A DNA stretch of 64,000 nt from Desulfobacterales bacterium (GCA_963674755.2 CAXXVS010000001.1:704001-768000), one strand, 5' to 3'; shown: positions 38,740 to 49,245, counted from the stretch's first letter. Made by a program: numbers and translations. The notes: generated by a model not told the origin, from the sequence alone.

Positions 38740-40545
38740 CTATCCGAGATTCCTTTCCGCATGGGCCCGACGACGGCCCGCTGATGTCAGGGATGGTTCG
38801 GCGGCGGACAGCGCCATCCGGTTTTCAGGGTCCGGGTGGATGGCCACAGCCCAGGTGCCCGGGCCGGTGTGGACGCCGGTGGTCAGGGACAAGGGCTGCA
38901 GGATGATTTCCGCCCCGGGAAAGTGTTTGGCAATGGCCTCGGCGGCCTTGGCTTCGACCCAGTCGCGATTGTCGGTATACTCCACCAGGACGATGGGCGC
39001 GACCGCATTCGCCAGATCGGTCTTCAAGTGTTGCAGGGCAAATTGCAGCTGCTCCGTGCGGTTTTTGACGCTGCCGATTTTTTCGGCGCCCGTGGACAGG
39101 GGACTGATGACCGGTTTGACATTGAAGAAGTCCCCCACCACGGCGCTGGGCCGGGAGAGCCGGCCCCCGGCGGCCAGGTATTTCAGACGGTCGATAAAGA
39201 TGTATTCCCGGCAAACGGTCAGGGAGCGTTCCGCCAGGGCCGCCACGCGTTCCATGTCCGCCCCGCCGGCGGCCAGCCGCACGGCGGCCAGCACCATGAC
39301 CGCCAACCGGCCCGAGGCCGCCCCCGTATCCACGATGCGCAACCGGTTGCCGGGGTCGTGGCGGGCCTGCCAGGCCGCGGCCGCCCCGTAGTTGCCGGTA
39401 AAGGCCGATCCGACGCAGAGATAAAGGGTTTTCGAATACGTTTCCAGCAGGCGCTGGTAGTGCTGGCGGCGTTCGAAATCCGAGGCCTGGGAAGTGGACA
39501 CCCGCTCCCCGGCGCGCATGCGGCGGTAAATCTCCTGGGGCATCACCCGGGTTTCGGGCAGGGAGTCGTCACCGGTGTTGATATAGCTTTCCAGCAGGGT
39601 GATGCCGTAGCGTTGCTGGTCTTCACGGGTCAGGGAGGCGGCGCCGTCCGTGGCGATGTGCACCCGGGCCGGGCGGGGGCGCTGCCGAAAGGCCCGGACC
39701 TGCCGGGACAGATCGTCTTCCGACCAGCTCATCAGGGCGCCCGTGGCCTCTATGGTACGGCGGGCGGTTTCCCGGTCGGCCGTATGGAAATGGAGTTTGA
39801 TCACATCGTCCCGGGTAAGATGCACGACGCTCTCGGCCTGGGCAACCAGATCCTGAATGACGGCATCCATGCCCGCGTTCGCCGCCAGCACGGTATCGAT
39901 GCAATACCCTTGATTATCGGCCTCCTGAAAGTCGGCGCTGATATTAAGGCTGCCCGGGAAACGCCGGGTGGGCGGTTGGCAGTCGTCAAGCCGGTCGATC
40001 AGGGCGTAGAAAAACCCTTCGAAAAAAAGATACATCCCCAAGGCGCCGGCATCCACGACACCGGCGGCCTTCAGGCGGGGCAGCGCCTCCGGGCTGTTCT
40101 GCACCGTGGCCTGCAGGGCTTCGAGCAGGGCCTCGACCGTGTCGACTGCGGCAACGGGGCTACGCTGCGCCAACTCGGCGGCCAGGGCATCGAACAGGGA
40201 CAGCATGGTGCCTTCCCGGGGGGTCTGCACGGCCCGATAGGCGGCCCGGGCGCCCCGGCGGGCGGCGTCGTCTACGGGAATGAACGGTACTTTGATGAAT
40301 TCGCAGAAAAACTGGGTGGCGATATTCCCGGAGTTGCCCCGGGCGGCCTGGAGGAGCTTTACCGCCCGGCGGTCGATAGCATCGTTCCCGGAGCGGGCCT
40401 GCAAGGGCATCAGGCTGACCTGCAGGTTGCGCCCCGTGTCGCCGTCCGCCACCGGGAAGACGTTGATGGCGTCCAGCAGATCCGACCAGGCGGCCAGGCG
40501 GTCGAAGCCCGCCTGCAGGGCGTGGTTAAACAGCGTGGGCGTCAT
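38740..40545 (-). CDS. DAK2-DegV fusion (fatty acid kinase FakA-like + FakB-like)
   Basis: INVFPVADGDTG, ARGNSG, VVDAGA; then TD, STSQ, YLAAGGR, HTGPG. Confidence 0.9.
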   Translation of the reverse strand: MTPTLFNHALQAGFDRLAAWSDLLDAINVFPVADGDTGRNLQVSLMPLQARSGNDAIDRRAVKLLQAARGNSGNIATQFFCEFIKVPFIPVDDAARRGARAAYRAVQTPREGTMLSLFDALAAELAQRSPVAAVDTVEALLEALQATVQNSPEALPRLKAAGVVDAGALGMYLFFEGFFYALIDRLDDCQPPTRRFPGSLNISADFQEADNQGYCIDTVLAANAGMDAVIQDLVAQAESVVHLTRDDVIKLHFHTADRETARRTIEATGALMSWSEDDLSRQVRAFRQRPRPARVHIATDGAASLTREDQQRYGITLLESYINTGDDSLPETRVMPQEIYRRMRAGERVSTSQASDFERRQHYQRLLETYSKTLYLCVGSAFTGNYGAAAAWQARHDPGNRLRIVDTGAASGRLAVMVLAAVRLAAGGADMERVAALAERSLTVCREYIFIDRLKYLAAGGRLSRPSAVVGDFFNVKPVISPLSTGAEKIGSVKNRTEQLQFALQHLKTDLANAVAPIVLVEYTDNRDWVEAKAAEAIAKHFPGAEIILQPLSLTTGVHTGPGTWAVAIHPDPENRMALSAAEPSLTSAGRRRAHAERNLG

Positions 40546-40973
40546 GGGACGTCAGCGCGGGTCAAGGCGGTTTCGATTTCGGCCGGGATCTGGAGCATCA
40601 GCTCGTCGCCGGGATACTTGACGGACACCTGTTCGCTGCGCCCCCGGGTGGTGACGATGCCGTCGTCCTCGCGCCGGATCTCGAAATCGAGAACGATGCG
40701 GATGTGGGCTTCGCGAACCGTCGTGCGTACCACAAAGCGGTCCCGGTAGCGCAGGGAGCGGATATGCTTGGTGGAGGTGCGGGTGACGGGAAAGAAGAAC
40801 CCCGACCGCTGGGAGTATTCATGGAGATCCACGCCGCAGTGGCTGAAGAGCGCAAAGCGGGCCTGGTCGAAGTACTTCAGGTAATTGCCGTGCCAGACCA
40901 TTTGCAGGGGGTCGAGATCGTGAAACGGCACGCTCATCCGGATTTCGTGGCTGGCGTAAGTTACCTTGCCCAT
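40542..40973 (-). CDS. Hotdog-fold acyl-CoA/ACP thioesterase
   Basis: VPFHDLDPLQMVWHGNYLKYFDQAR. Confidence 0.92.
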   Translation of the reverse strand: MGKVTYASHEIRMSVPFHDLDPLQMVWHGNYLKYFDQARFALFSHCGVDLHEYSQRSGFFFPVTRTSTKHIRSLRYRDRFVVRTTVREAHIRIVLDFEIRREDDGIVTTRGRSEQVSVKYPGDELMLQIPAEIETALTRADVP

Positions 40974-41187
40974 GGCGATCAGGGGGTCCTCCTGCGGTTT
41001 GCGGTTACCGTGCCCCAAGGGCGGCGGCCTGTCCAAAGCGGCGTTCTATTTAGCCGCCTTCCCGGATAAAAGTCAATCATTCGGTCTGAATCTTCTGATA
41101 TTTAACCACAATTAGACATTGACAGTGATTCGGCAAGAGCGCTAATTTAGCAGGATTTTTGTGGCGATTGCCGAAGGAAGGCCGACC

Positions 41188-41628
41188 ATGCACAAAGAAA
41201 ATGTACCTCAGGATGTCGGACTGGCGGGTCCCCTGCGGGAGGTGGTTTACGCCGTCGGGGAAGACGGCCGCTACGAGGCTGTCCCCAGTTACGGATGGGA
41301 TCCCAAAACGGTAGCGCTGCGTCAGGCCTGGGAGCTTATTCTGAAGGAATTGGAAACGATCAAGGCCCGGGTGGCGGCCGGCGAGCTCAGCCCCCTGGCC
41401 TGGCACATGACGCGGCATCAGATGCAGCCGCCCCTGCTGGCCAAGTATGCCCGCATCAACCGCTGGCGTATCCGGCGGCACATGAAAGCCGGCCCCTTCC
41501 GCCGGTTGAAACCGGAGCTCCTGGCGCGTTATGCCGAAGCGCTGGGCATCCCTGCTGAGGATCTCAAGCGCATCCCCGACACAACGGACCTGGAATTCAG
41601 CACGAATCGGACTCACGAATCGGAATGA
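41188..41628 (+). CDS. Conserved hypothetical protein of dar/flexirubin-like clusters
   Basis: VPQD...YAV.EDG.Y..V.S.GW...ALRQAW...SPLAWHM; C-terminal HTH-like. Confidence 0.75.
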   Translation: MHKENVPQDVGLAGPLREVVYAVGEDGRYEAVPSYGWDPKTVALRQAWELILKELETIKARVAAGELSPLAWHMTRHQMQPPLLAKYARINRWRIRRHMKAGPFRRLKPELLARYAEALGIPAEDLKRIPDTTDLEFSTNRTHESE

Positions 41629-42629
41629 TGATGGAAATTCCCTTTGAACACCGGCAGTCGGCCCACTGCGAAACGGGCGTGGCTGCCAACCTGCTCTCCC
41701 ACTACGGGCTGGACGTCAACGAGGCCATGGCCTTCGGCATCGGTTCGGGGCTGTTTTTCGGCTACCTGCCCTTTATCCGCCTCAATCATCTGCCGCTGAC
41801 AACCTATCGCATCACCACCGGCGGCATCCTGAAACGCCTGACCAAACGGCTGGGGGTCACCCTGCGCATGACCTGCTTCCGCAACCCCCGCAAGGCCATG
41901 GACGAACTGGACCGCAAACTGGCCGAAGGGGTGCCCGTGGGCTGCCAGACCGGCGGCTATTGGCTGCCCTATTTCCCCCAGGCCTACCGGTTCCATTTCA
42001 ACATGCACAACCTGGTGGTCATCGGCCGCGAAGGGGATGACTATCTGATCAGCGATCCCATTTTCGAAACGCCGGTGGTCTGCCACCGCCGCGACCTCCT
42101 TAAAGCGCGCTTTGCCAAAGGCGCCCTGGCCCCGAAAGGCAAGATGTACTTTGTGGAAGGCGTGCCGGCGGCGACCGACTTCCCCCGGGCGATCAAACGC
42201 GGGATGCGGGAAGTCGGCCGCACCATGCTGAAGGCGCCGGTCTCCCTGATTGGGGTCAAGGGCATCCGCAAGCTGGCCCGGCAGGTGGAACTCTGGCCCC
42301 AGAAATTCGGCCCGGAAAAAAGCCGTCTCTATCTGGGGCAGGTGATCCGTATGCAGGAGGAGATCGGCACCGGCGGTGCCGGATTCCGTTTCATTTACGC
42401 GGCCTTTTTGCAGCAGGCCGCCGAGGTGTTGGCCCTGCCGCGGGTGCGGGAACTGTCCGCTGAAATGACCGCCATCGGGGACCGCTGGCGCCAGTTTGCC
42501 GTTTCCGGCGCGCGTCAGTGCAAAGGCCGGGCACGTCCGGAAGATTCCTACGACGCCATGGCCGCAACCGTGCGGGAATGCGCCGATCGGGAGGCCGCTC
42601 TTTACCATGAACTGCTATCCCTGGCCTGA
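41625..42629 (+). CDS. BtrH N-terminal/DUF4872 (C39-like) protein
   Basis: HRQSAHCETG, FHFNMHN, QEEIGTGGAGFR. Confidence 0.88.
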   Translation: MMMEIPFEHRQSAHCETGVAANLLSHYGLDVNEAMAFGIGSGLFFGYLPFIRLNHLPLTTYRITTGGILKRLTKRLGVTLRMTCFRNPRKAMDELDRKLAEGVPVGCQTGGYWLPYFPQAYRFHFNMHNLVVIGREGDDYLISDPIFETPVVCHRRDLLKARFAKGALAPKGKMYFVEGVPAATDFPRAIKRGMREVGRTMLKAPVSLIGVKGIRKLARQVELWPQKFGPEKSRLYLGQVIRMQEEIGTGGAGFRFIYAAFLQQAAEVLALPRVRELSAEMTAIGDRWRQFAVSGARQCKGRARPEDSYDAMAATVRECADREAALYHELLSLA

Positions 42630-42765
42630 TGATCCAAAGCCGCCTGAAATCCAGGCGAATGCCGCGGCGGCGCCTCCCAATCCGGACGTGACGATGTCGC
42701 CTTTTGCCGACCGGCCGACAACCGCCCATGCGTTTATCCATTGAGATTATCGATCGAGTTTAGCC

Positions 42766-43542
42766 ATGTTGCCTGAGACCCCGTCGACAGCCGCCGTTAG
42801 GCCGGTTCTGACCGCCGCCAATCTTGTCAAGCGCTACCCCGGTGCCTCAGAGAACGCCCTGGACGGGCTCAGCCTCCAGGTGGACGAAGGGCAGATCGTG
42901 GGACTCCTGGGGCCCAATGGCGCCGGGAAAACCACGGCGGTCTCCATACTCAGCACCCTGATGCGGCCTTCGGCCGGGCAGCTTGCCGTCATGGGACGGC
43001 CGGTGGCCGCCCCTCTGCGGCCGATCCGGCAGGTGGTGGGGCTGGCGCCCCAGGAAATCGCCCTTTACGAACCCCTGTCGGTCCGCGAGAATCTGACCTA
43101 TTTCGGCCGGATGTACGGCCTCAGGGGGGAGGGGCTCAAGGCGCGGGTGGCGGATTGCCTGACGGCCGTGGGGCTGACGGCCCAGGCCGACCGGCCGGTG
43201 GCCGTTTTTTCGGGGGGCATGAAGCGGCGGGCCAACCTGGCGGCCGCCATCGTGCACGCCCCCCGGCTGCTTTTCCTGGACGAGCCCACCGTGGGGGTGG
43301 ACGCCCAGTCCCGGGCCCTGATCATGGATCTCCTGCGTGGCCTGCAACAGGACGGTACGGCCATGGTCTACACCACCCATTACATGGAAGAGGTGGAAGC
43401 CCTGTGCGGCCGGGTCGTGATCATGGACGCCGGGCGCATCATCGCTGAAGGCGCCCCGGCGGATCTTCGGGCAAGTCATCCGGACGCCGATTCGCTGGGG
43501 GAGCTGTTTTTGAAGCTGACGGGAAGGTCCCTGCGGGATTGA
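42766..43542 (+). CDS. ABC transporter ATP-binding protein
   Basis: GPNGAGKT, FSGGMKRR, LDEPT, TTHYMEE. Confidence 0.95.
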   Translation: MLPETPSTAAVRPVLTAANLVKRYPGASENALDGLSLQVDEGQIVGLLGPNGAGKTTAVSILSTLMRPSAGQLAVMGRPVAAPLRPIRQVVGLAPQEIALYEPLSVRENLTYFGRMYGLRGEGLKARVADCLTAVGLTAQADRPVAVFSGGMKRRANLAAAIVHAPRLLFLDEPTVGVDAQSRALIMDLLRGLQQDGTAMVYTTHYMEEVEALCGRVVIMDAGRIIAEGAPADLRASHPDADSLGELFLKLTGRSLRD

Positions 43543-43546
43543 ATCG

Positions 43547-43693
43547 TAAGGGTTCCGCAAAACGTCCGCTATCGGCGTTATGGGAATCTTTCGTTGTTGC
43601 GGCGTACCGACGTACGCGTCCTCCGGGCCCCGCGATAGCGGTATTCCTCAAGATTCGCAAGCCTTGCTCTCGAACGTTTTGCAAAACCGTCTA
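43547..43693. repeat. MITE-like intergenic element
   Basis: Imperfect terminal IR GGTTCCGCAAAACGTCCG / CGAACGTTTTGCAAAACC; central GCGTAC-GTACGC hairpin. Confidence 0.5.
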
Positions 43694-43739
43694 ATGGGGT
43701 CATTTAGATAATGATCGAAGCCAGAGTATATATCTAACT

Positions 43740-45065
43740 GTGGATCGCTTGCTCACATCGGTGATGAAGGAATGGCGCCTGCTGGCCCGGGACCGGGTCG
43801 GCCTGCTGATGCTGTTTCTCATGCCCGCGCTCCTGGTGATCGTCATTTCCGTGGTGCAGATGAATGTTTTGAAAACCATGGGGGACGATCCGGTGGCCCT
43901 TTTGTGGGTGGACCGGGACCAGGGGGAGATGGCCCGGGAGCTGCGGGAGCGCGTGGCCGCGGTGGACGGTATCGACCTGGTTGATCGCCTGGGGGACAGG
44001 CCCCTTGACGAGGCCGCGGCCTTGCAGCGGGTAGCCGAGGGGGATTACCAGGCCTGTCTCGTGATCCCGCCCGATTTCACCCGGCAGGTGCAAGCGCGCG
44101 CTGTGGCCGCCGCCGAGGTCATGCTCGCGCAGGAAGAAGGGGCGTCGGAAACGGGTGGCGCCTTGCCGGAATTGGTGCTGCATTTCGATCCCCTGGCCGG
44201 CGGGGCCTTTCGCTCGGCGGTCGACCAGGCCCTGCAGCGGCTGGTGGCCGGCATCGCCACCGAAGCCAAGTTGGCGGCCTTTGCCAAACGATTTCCCGAG
44301 CAGTTGTCCGACACCCTGTCCGCGTCCATGGGGCCATACGCCGATGGGCTGCGGGAAAAGCTTGCCGGCTTCAAGCTGGAATGGGATCCTCGCCCCCTGA
44401 TGACCCTGGCGGAAACCGCCACCGGACGGGGGGGCTTTGACAAGATACCGTCGGCGGTGCAGCAGAATGTACCGGCCTGGGGGCTTTTCGGCATCTTCCT
44501 GATCGCGGTGCCCCTGTCCGGGGCCCTGGTGCGCGAGCGGGCCAGCGGCATCATGACCCGGCTGCAGCTTTTGCCGACATCCTTTTTAACGCTTCTCACG
44601 GGCAAACTGGCGGCCTACACCGCCGTCTGTCTGGTCCAGTTCGCCCTGATGATGCTGGTGGGCCGCTTCGTCATGCCGCTTTTCGGCGCCGCCCCCCTGA
44701 CCCTGGATCAGGCTTACGGGGCTTTGGCGGTGGTGTTGTTGTGTGTGGCCCTGGCGGCGGCGGCCTTCGGCATTCTGCTGGGCGTGCTGACCCGGACCTA
44801 TGAACAGGCCTCCATGATCGCGGCCATCTCCGTGGTGGTGGCCGCGGCCATCGGCGGGGTGATGGTGCCGGTGTTTGCCATGCCGCACCTCATGCGCACC
44901 ATCAGCCAGATATCCCCCCTGGCCTGGGGCCTCAACGCCCTGCTGGATCTCTTTGTGCGAGGCGGCAGTCTGGCCACGGTCTGGCGGGAAGCGGCCCTGC
45001 TGCTGGGCTTTGCCCTGGTCATGCTCATGTCGGCCTGGATGATCTGGCAGCGCAAGCGGCGCTAG
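43740..45065 (+). CDS. ABC-2 type transporter permease
   Basis: KEWRLL.RD, QQNVPAW, ERASG, IGGVMVP...MP, SPLAW. Confidence 0.92.
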   Translation: MDRLLTSVMKEWRLLARDRVGLLMLFLMPALLVIVISVVQMNVLKTMGDDPVALLWVDRDQGEMARELRERVAAVDGIDLVDRLGDRPLDEAAALQRVAEGDYQACLVIPPDFTRQVQARAVAAAEVMLAQEEGASETGGALPELVLHFDPLAGGAFRSAVDQALQRLVAGIATEAKLAAFAKRFPEQLSDTLSASMGPYADGLREKLAGFKLEWDPRPLMTLAETATGRGGFDKIPSAVQQNVPAWGLFGIFLIAVPLSGALVRERASGIMTRLQLLPTSFLTLLTGKLAAYTAVCLVQFALMMLVGRFVMPLFGAAPLTLDQAYGALAVVLLCVALAAAAFGILLGVLTRTYEQASMIAAISVVVAAAIGGVMVPVFAMPHLMRTISQISPLAWGLNALLDLFVRGGSLATVWREAALLLGFALVMLMSAWMIWQRKRR

Positions 45066-45093
45066 CGGTTTTTAAACGGGACAGACGGTCATC

Positions 45094-45918
45094 ATGATGC
45101 CTCAAGCGGTAACGCACATAAGCGACCCCGCCATCGCGGATCAGACCGCGAAATACAAAAAGGGGGGGCAGGGCAGGCGCTTCGCCGTCGTCATACCGGT
45201 CTACAACCATGCCCGCAATATCGAAAGCGTGGCCCGTCGGGCCCTGAAACTGGGGTTTCCCGTGGTGGTGGTGGACGACGGCTCCACGGACGAAACCACC
45301 GACATCCTGGGCCGGGTGCCGGGACTGCTGCGGCTGCGGCATGCCGTGAACGCCGGCAAGGGGGCGGCCCTGATGACGGGCTTTGAAGCCGCCGCCGAAT
45401 TGGCCGACTGGGCCATCACCCTCGATGCGGACGGCCAGCACCGGCCCGAGGAGGCCGGGCGGCTCGTGGCGGCCGCCCTGGAAGGCCCCCGCGCCATTAT
45501 CCTGGGCTGCCGGGAGGGCATGATCGGCCGCCATGTGCCCTGGACCAGCCGCTTCGGGCGGGGATTCTCCAATTTCTGGGTCTGGGCCTCCGGGGGCGGC
45601 CGGCGGATCGATTCCCAGAGCGGGTTCCGGGCCTATCCCCTGCCGGAAGTCTTTGCCCTGAAGGTCAAGGCCCGCCGGTTCCAGTTCGAAGTCGAGGTCC
45701 TGGCCAAGGCCGGCTGGCAGGGCCTGCCCATCCGGGAGGTTCCCGTCAGCGTGGACTATCATCCCGGGGCCCCGCGGATTTCCCATTTCCGTCCCTTCAT
45801 CGATTTTTGCCGCAACAGCAACACCTTTTCCCGGCTGATCTTCCAGCGCATCGTGGTGCCGCGCGCCATCCGACGGCGCTGGCTGAGGCACCGCGCCGAC
45901 CAGGGAGGGCGCCCATGA
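45094..45918 (+). CDS. Family 2 glycosyltransferase
   Basis: IPVYN, VDDGSTD, NAGKG, DADGQH, DSQSGFR. Confidence 0.93.
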   Translation: MMPQAVTHISDPAIADQTAKYKKGGQGRRFAVVIPVYNHARNIESVARRALKLGFPVVVVDDGSTDETTDILGRVPGLLRLRHAVNAGKGAALMTGFEAAAELADWAITLDADGQHRPEEAGRLVAAALEGPRAIILGCREGMIGRHVPWTSRFGRGFSNFWVWASGGGRRIDSQSGFRAYPLPEVFALKVKARRFQFEVEVLAKAGWQGLPIREVPVSVDYHPGAPRISHFRPFIDFCRNSNTFSRLIFQRIVVPRAIRRRWLRHRADQGGRP

Positions 45919-48900
45919 CGTCCGGGCGGCACTTCAACCCCCTGGCCACCGCGGCCACCGTGATCGTGCTGGCCCTCATGGCGCTGGCGGCGCTTTACCG
46001 CATCCAATTCGAGACGGATATCGTGGCCACCCTGCCCGAGCACGATCCGGTGATCGCCGCGGCCCGCGACATCCTGCGCCACCATCCGGGTCAGGACCTG
46101 CTGGCGGTGGATCTCAGCCTGGCGAAAGACGACCCCGCCGAACTGGCCCGGATCACCCGCGCCGCGGCCGCGGCCATGGGCGCCAGCGGCCTTTTCAAGC
46201 GGGTCGGCATGCAGGCCGTGGGGGATCAGATGCCGGCCCTGATCCACTACGTGGTCCGGCACCTGCCGCTTCTTTTTTCCGCCGCGGAGCTCGATCGGCG
46301 GGTGGCGCCCCTCCTGACGGAGGCCCGGGTGCGGGAGCAGTTGCAGAACGACGTCCGGCAGCTCGGCTCCCTGGAGGGCATCGGCCAGGCCGACCTGATC
46401 GCCCGGGACCCCCTGGCACTGCGCAACCTGCTGCTGGCCCAGCTGGCGCGCCTGTCGCCGGCGCCGGGGGTGCGCCCCTTCCAGGGCCACCTCATTTCCG
46501 CCGACGGCCGGCACGTGCTGGTGGTGGCCACCCCGTCCCAGCCTTCCACCGATACGAATTTCGCCCGCCGCCTGGAGGCTTTTTTTCGTGATTTGCCCAA
46601 GAAGCTGCAAGGAGATGAACCGGCGGCGGATACCGGGGTAATCGTCACCCCGGTGGGGGCCTACCGCGCCGCCCTGGACAACGAGATGCTGGCGCGCCGC
46701 GATACGCGCCGGATCGTAGGGTTTGCCATGGCCGGCATCGCTCTGCTGCTGTTCCTGACCTTTCCCCGCCCCTGGATCGGGCTGCTGGCCTTCGTGCCGG
46801 CCGTGGCCGGCACGGTGACGGCCCTGTTTGTCATGTCCCTCCTGCAGGCGCGCCTCTCCGTGCTGACCCTGGGATTCGGCGGGGCGGTCATCTCCATCAC
46901 GGTGGATCACGGGATCGCCTACCTGCTCTTCCTGGACAGGCCCCGGGCCACCACGGGCCGGGAAGCCGCCCGGGAGGTCCTGGCGGTGGGGCTGATCGCC
47001 ACCCTCACCACGGTGGGGGCCTTCCTGGCGTTGTCCTTCAGCGGTTTTCCGGTGCTGGGGGAGATCGGCCGCTTTGCGGCCATCGGCATCGGCAGCGCCT
47101 TCGTGTTTGTCCACACGGTCATGCCGCACCTGATTCCTTCGCTGCCCCCCGCCCGCCGGAAACGTCCGCCGGTCCTGCAGCGGCAGCTGTCCCGCCTGGC
47201 CGGACGGATGGACATGAAAACGTTCTGGGCCGGCGCGGTGGTGGTCGTTGTGCTGGCCCTCTGCGCCCACCCCCGCTTCCAGGTGGATTTGCGGGCCATG
47301 AATTCGGTCACCCCCGCCACCCGGGCTGCCGAGGCCCGGGTGCAGGATGTATGGGGGCGGTTTATGGAGCGGGTGTTCGTGGTCACCCATGGCAAGGACC
47401 TGACGGCATTGATGGAACAGGGTGATCAGGTAACCGGCCTGCTGGACAAGATGACCGCTGCCGGCCAACTGGCGCCGGGCTTTCTGCCCACCGTGTTTTT
47501 CCCGGGACCGGTCCGGGCCGAGGCCAACCGGGCGGCCTGGCAGGCTTTCTGGACCCCGTCGCGCGTCGCGGCGCTGTCCCGCAATCTGCAAACCGCAGGA
47601 ACGCCCCTGGGTTTTGCCCCGCAGGCCTTTGCCCCGTTCCTGGAGATTCTGGCGGCCGAGCACGTTCAGCCGGTGTCGCCCGATCCGGCTTATTTTGAGC
47701 TTTTGGGCATCGTGCCCGATGCCGACGGCACGGGATGGCGCCAGTTTTTTACCCTCAAGCCCGGCCCGGACTACAACGCGGCAGCGTTTTACGATCGCCT
47801 GGCCCGGACCGGCAGCGCCCGCCTCTTCGATCCGGTGTTTTTCGCGGACCGGCTGGGCCATTTCCTGGCCGTCACCTTCCGCCATATGCTGGTGGTCGTG
47901 GGGGGCTGCGCTGTTGTCCTGCTGGGTCTTTTCTTCTGGGACCTGACCCTGACCCTACTGGCGCTGCTGCCCCTGGCGGCGGCCTTCGCGGGCACCCTCG
48001 GCGTCCTGGGCCTGGCCGGCCGCCCGCTGGATATCCCGGCCCTGATGCTGGCCATCATCGTTCTGGGGATGGGCATCGATTACGCGCTTTTCACCATCCG
48101 GGCCTTCCAGCGCTACGGCCGGGAGACCGATCCGGAACTGGCGCTGTTCCGCACCACCGTCTTCCTGGCGGCCGCTTCCACCCTGGTGGGGTTCGGGGCC
48201 CTGATGAGCGCCGACCACGCGGTTTTCAAAAGCGCCGGTCTGACCTCCTTTTGCGGGATCCTGTTTTCGGCCGTGGGGGCCTTTGTTTTTCTGCCACCCC
48301 TTCTGCGGCGCTTGTTCCGCCTGCCGGCGGAGAGGGGACCACGCCAGACCAGGGGGTTCGAACAATCTTTTCGGGCGGCCCGCCGGCGTTTTCGGCATCT
48401 CGAATTGCGGCCTCGCCTGGCGGCCTGGCGCGGGCTGCGTCCGGGCGGCCTGCTGAGGAATTTCCCGCTGCCGGAGATGGCGGGGGGACCGGTTGTCGTT
48501 TTCCCGCTGCGCTACGGTGTCGAAGTCGCCTGGCTGGCGGAAGCACTCCCCGAACGGCCTCTTATGGGAGCCGATCCGGAGGGCGGCAACGCCCGGCTGG
48601 CGGCTCGGGTGGGCGGCGCAGGCGCGGCGTTCAAGACCGGCAGCCTCGCGGCCCTGGCGGCTGACGATCCGGAAGCCGCCCTTGTTATCCTGCCTGGACG
48701 CCCGCCGGAATCGGATGGGTTCCCGGTGCCGCTGGCGGCAGCCGACCGCTGCCTGGCGCCCGGAGGACGATTGATGGTTCTGGCTGGCCCGCCTGCGGCG
48801 CGGTCGGCCTGGTCACGGAGACTGAATCGATTGATGCGGTCCGCCCCCGACCCCTATGATCGACAGGCCATCGAGGCGTTCCTTGAGAAGCAGGACTATG

Positions 48901-48968
48901 GGCAGGTCGAGCGCCGACCGGCGGGGGACGGTTCGTCTCAGGTCTGGATTGCCGCCCAAAAAAACTGA
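45915..48968 (+). CDS. MMPL/RND exporter with degenerate C-terminal methyltransferase-like domain
   Basis: Two RND repeats (ITVDHGI; GMGIDYALF); Rossmann-like tail. Confidence 0.88.
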   Translation: MTSGRHFNPLATAATVIVLALMALAALYRIQFETDIVATLPEHDPVIAAARDILRHHPGQDLLAVDLSLAKDDPAELARITRAAAAAMGASGLFKRVGMQAVGDQMPALIHYVVRHLPLLFSAAELDRRVAPLLTEARVREQLQNDVRQLGSLEGIGQADLIARDPLALRNLLLAQLARLSPAPGVRPFQGHLISADGRHVLVVATPSQPSTDTNFARRLEAFFRDLPKKLQGDEPAADTGVIVTPVGAYRAALDNEMLARRDTRRIVGFAMAGIALLLFLTFPRPWIGLLAFVPAVAGTVTALFVMSLLQARLSVLTLGFGGAVISITVDHGIAYLLFLDRPRATTGREAAREVLAVGLIATLTTVGAFLALSFSGFPVLGEIGRFAAIGIGSAFVFVHTVMPHLIPSLPPARRKRPPVLQRQLSRLAGRMDMKTFWAGAVVVVVLALCAHPRFQVDLRAMNSVTPATRAAEARVQDVWGRFMERVFVVTHGKDLTALMEQGDQVTGLLDKMTAAGQLAPGFLPTVFFPGPVRAEANRAAWQAFWTPSRVAALSRNLQTAGTPLGFAPQAFAPFLEILAAEHVQPVSPDPAYFELLGIVPDADGTGWRQFFTLKPGPDYNAAAFYDRLARTGSARLFDPVFFADRLGHFLAVTFRHMLVVVGGCAVVLLGLFFWDLTLTLLALLPLAAAFAGTLGVLGLAGRPLDIPALMLAIIVLGMGIDYALFTIRAFQRYGRETDPELALFRTTVFLAAASTLVGFGALMSADHAVFKSAGLTSFCGILFSAVGAFVFLPPLLRRLFRLPAERGPRQTRGFEQSFRAARRRFRHLELRPRLAAWRGLRPGGLLRNFPLPEMAGGPVVVFPLRYGVEVAWLAEALPERPLMGADPEGGNARLAARVGGAGAAFKTGSLAALAADDPEAALVILPGRPPESDGFPVPLAAADRCLAPGGRLMVLAGPPAARSAWSRRLNRLMRSAPDPYDRQAIEAFLEKQDYGQVERRPAGDGSSQVWIAAQKN

Positions 48969-48981
48969 CAGTTTTTTAGCG

Positions 48982-49124
48982 GTGTCCGTCCAAGGGCGGT
49001 AGATTTGGGTTCCGGCCAAGGCCGCAGGGAATTGGTAACCGGAGGCGTAGCTAGGCTACGGCGAGGATTTCCAAAGAGCGAGAACACCGGCCGGGGCCGA
49101 AAGATGCCATTTTGGGATGGACAT
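48982..49124. repeat. MITE-like intergenic element
   Basis: IR TGTCCGTCC / GGATGGACA; central CGTAGC-GCTACG hairpin. Confidence 0.45.
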
Positions 49125-49245
49125 GACGTAACCCATAGGCTCTTGTTTGGCTCTTATTGCGCAGCGCGGTCGGAATACGAAATAGCAGTGAACACCATCT
49201 ATCCTGAAAGAGCGGGCCGATGATCGGGAGCGGCAGTTTTACATC

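Noticed and set aside
38836..40749. Long antisense ORFs (also 500-1684, 45759-47885, 60104-61396)
   Set aside because: Shadows of high-GC genes on the opposite strand; no motifs
43691..43701. CTAATGGGGTC matching the type B left end
   Set aside because: No palindromic partner; an 11-bp match may be chance
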